64,000 nt of DNA from Podospora anserina (taxonomy: Eukaryota), in contig CM030334.1 in assembly GCA_017654855.1 (NCBI GenBank), positions 558,001 through 622,000 of the forward strand, read 5' to 3'. Under the pieces are notes generated by a model. It saw only the letters and a program-made list of their open reading frames with translations, was not told where the DNA came from and did no database searches. The position numbers and the translations under genes are program-made. How positions within the stretch are numbered: position 1 is the first letter of the stretch; each line of letters opens with the position of its first letter. Below are positions 62,865 to 64,000 of this stretch, piece after piece.

Positions 62865-63959
62865 CTACCGTTCCATGCTCTTCTGCTCCGGCACGATACT
62901 CCGCAAACGACCAGATTCAACAGCCATGCGCACATTGCTAATCGCCCATTCTTCCATCTTAGTCTCCGTCTCGACGGTAAAGGTTCCCATGTGTGGGACC
63001 AGAAGGACGCGGGGTTTGGCCAGCAACCCAGGGTGGACATCCGGCTCGTTCTCATACACGTCCAAGCCGGCAGAGCTTACATGTCCAGAATCAAGAGCTT
63101 CCACCAGCGCTGCTTCGTCGATGACAGCCCCTCTGGCCGTGTTGACTATGACGACGCCTGCCTTCATCTTGGCAAACTCGTTTCGCGAGATGATGTGACG
63201 GGTTTTTGGGTTCAGGGGCAAGTTCAAACTGATGACGTCGCTGCCAGCCAGCAAAGTGTCGAAATCAACATATTCAGCCCCAATCTCCTTCTCGATATGA
63301 GCATCCAGCCTCGTTCTGTTGTGGTATCGGATCTGCATACCAAACACCAGCGCCTTCTTGGCCATGTTGCGGCCTATACCGCCCATACCCAAGATGCCGA
63401 GGACTTTGCCCTGGGGATCGTGTCCCAGCGGTGGGAGGGTCTTCCCGCGCCACTCCCCTGCTCGAAGAGAGGCCATGCCGACGGCCACGTTTCTCAGAGC
63501 TCCGAGAAGGAGGAAAATCCCCATGTCGGCCGTGGCGTCGTCCACGGCCGTCGGGGTGTTGGACACACGGATGCCGCGAGCGGTACAGGCGTGGACGTCA
63601 ACCTGATCATATCCGGCTCCGTTGTGGCACAGGAAACGGAGGGAATCCGGGAGTGCCTGGAGCAGTTCGCCATCTATTTTGCCTGTCACTTCGAAGCTGT
63701 CGAAGGTGCGGTAGGCGGCAACGCAGCCGTCAAAGTCTCCAGAGGATGCTTCCTGGATGAAGTCGGCTCGGTTGTTCGACTTTGGCGTCAAGATTTGAGC
63801 TATCTCGCCTACGGCTTCCCACGATGACTGGGCACTGTGCGGTCGTCCGTGAGCATACATCTGGGGCTGCCAAAGGAATGCGACAGAGAACGAAACTTAC
63901 TGCTCAATTACGCCTAGCAAGAGCACCTTTGGTCGGCCTGCACTTTTAGAAGAGGCCAT
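62865..63959 (-). CDS. D-isomer-specific 2-hydroxyacid dehydrogenase, glyoxylate reductase-like (intron 63900-63835)
   Basis: MASSKSAGRPKVLLLGVIE-H, HNGAGYDQVD, GILGMGGIG, VNTARG, GLDVYENEP and LVPHMGT. Confidence 0.93.
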
Positions 63960-64000
63960 TGGGACGTCGTCGTCGGCGGGAGTACTAGCTAGAGTTGGTC

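Noticed and set aside
62739..63827. 362-aa plus-strand ORF
   Set aside because: Antisense to the dehydrogenase; long antisense ORFs are common opposite such genes.
1..64000. Transposons, RIP-degenerated repeats, CRISPR arrays, rRNA, prokaryote-type systems
   Set aside because: I saw no AT-rich RIPed tracts, terminal repeats, transposase/RT ORFs, spaced repeats or rRNA-like sequence. All repeats found are coding low-complexity tracts or tiny tandem duplications.

Overview
Gene-dense eukaryotic DNA from a filamentous ascomycete (Sordariales; the alternative oxidase and overall style suggest Podospora anserina or a close relative). Most genes contain GT-AG spliceosomal introns, so the ORF track fragments them, and I rebuilt exon structures by hand. 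The window holds about 22 protein-coding genes. In order: a partial PCI/CSN8-like gene, a GPI-anchored CFEM protein, an MFS transporter, SPS19, a Rad60/Esc2-like SUMO-domain protein, PNO1, MDM31, eIF3j/HCR1, AOX, CRZ1, a stand-alone enoyl reductase, a hypothetical protein, a ~2300-aa repeat-built disordered protein, a QDR-type MFS, UFE1-like syntaxin, AAT2, RRP1, sphingoid base kinase, NAT1, MIX23, a Zn2Cys6 transcription factor and a glyoxylate-reductase-like enzyme. There is also one intron-containing tRNA-Gly(TCC). I found no transposon, CRISPR or rRNA. The most interesting signals are: (1) a tRNA-Gly with paired non-canonical elbow residues (A18 and G55); (2) a PTS2-like nonapeptide in AAT2 that ends exactly on an internal Met, suggesting peroxisomal and cytosolic isoforms; (3) a uORF whose stop overlaps the AOX start codon, together with CGG-N7-CGG and CRE promoter elements; (4) the giant Trp-acidic/poly-Lys repeat protein with two stop-free 3n introns; and (5) several long, apparently structured introns.
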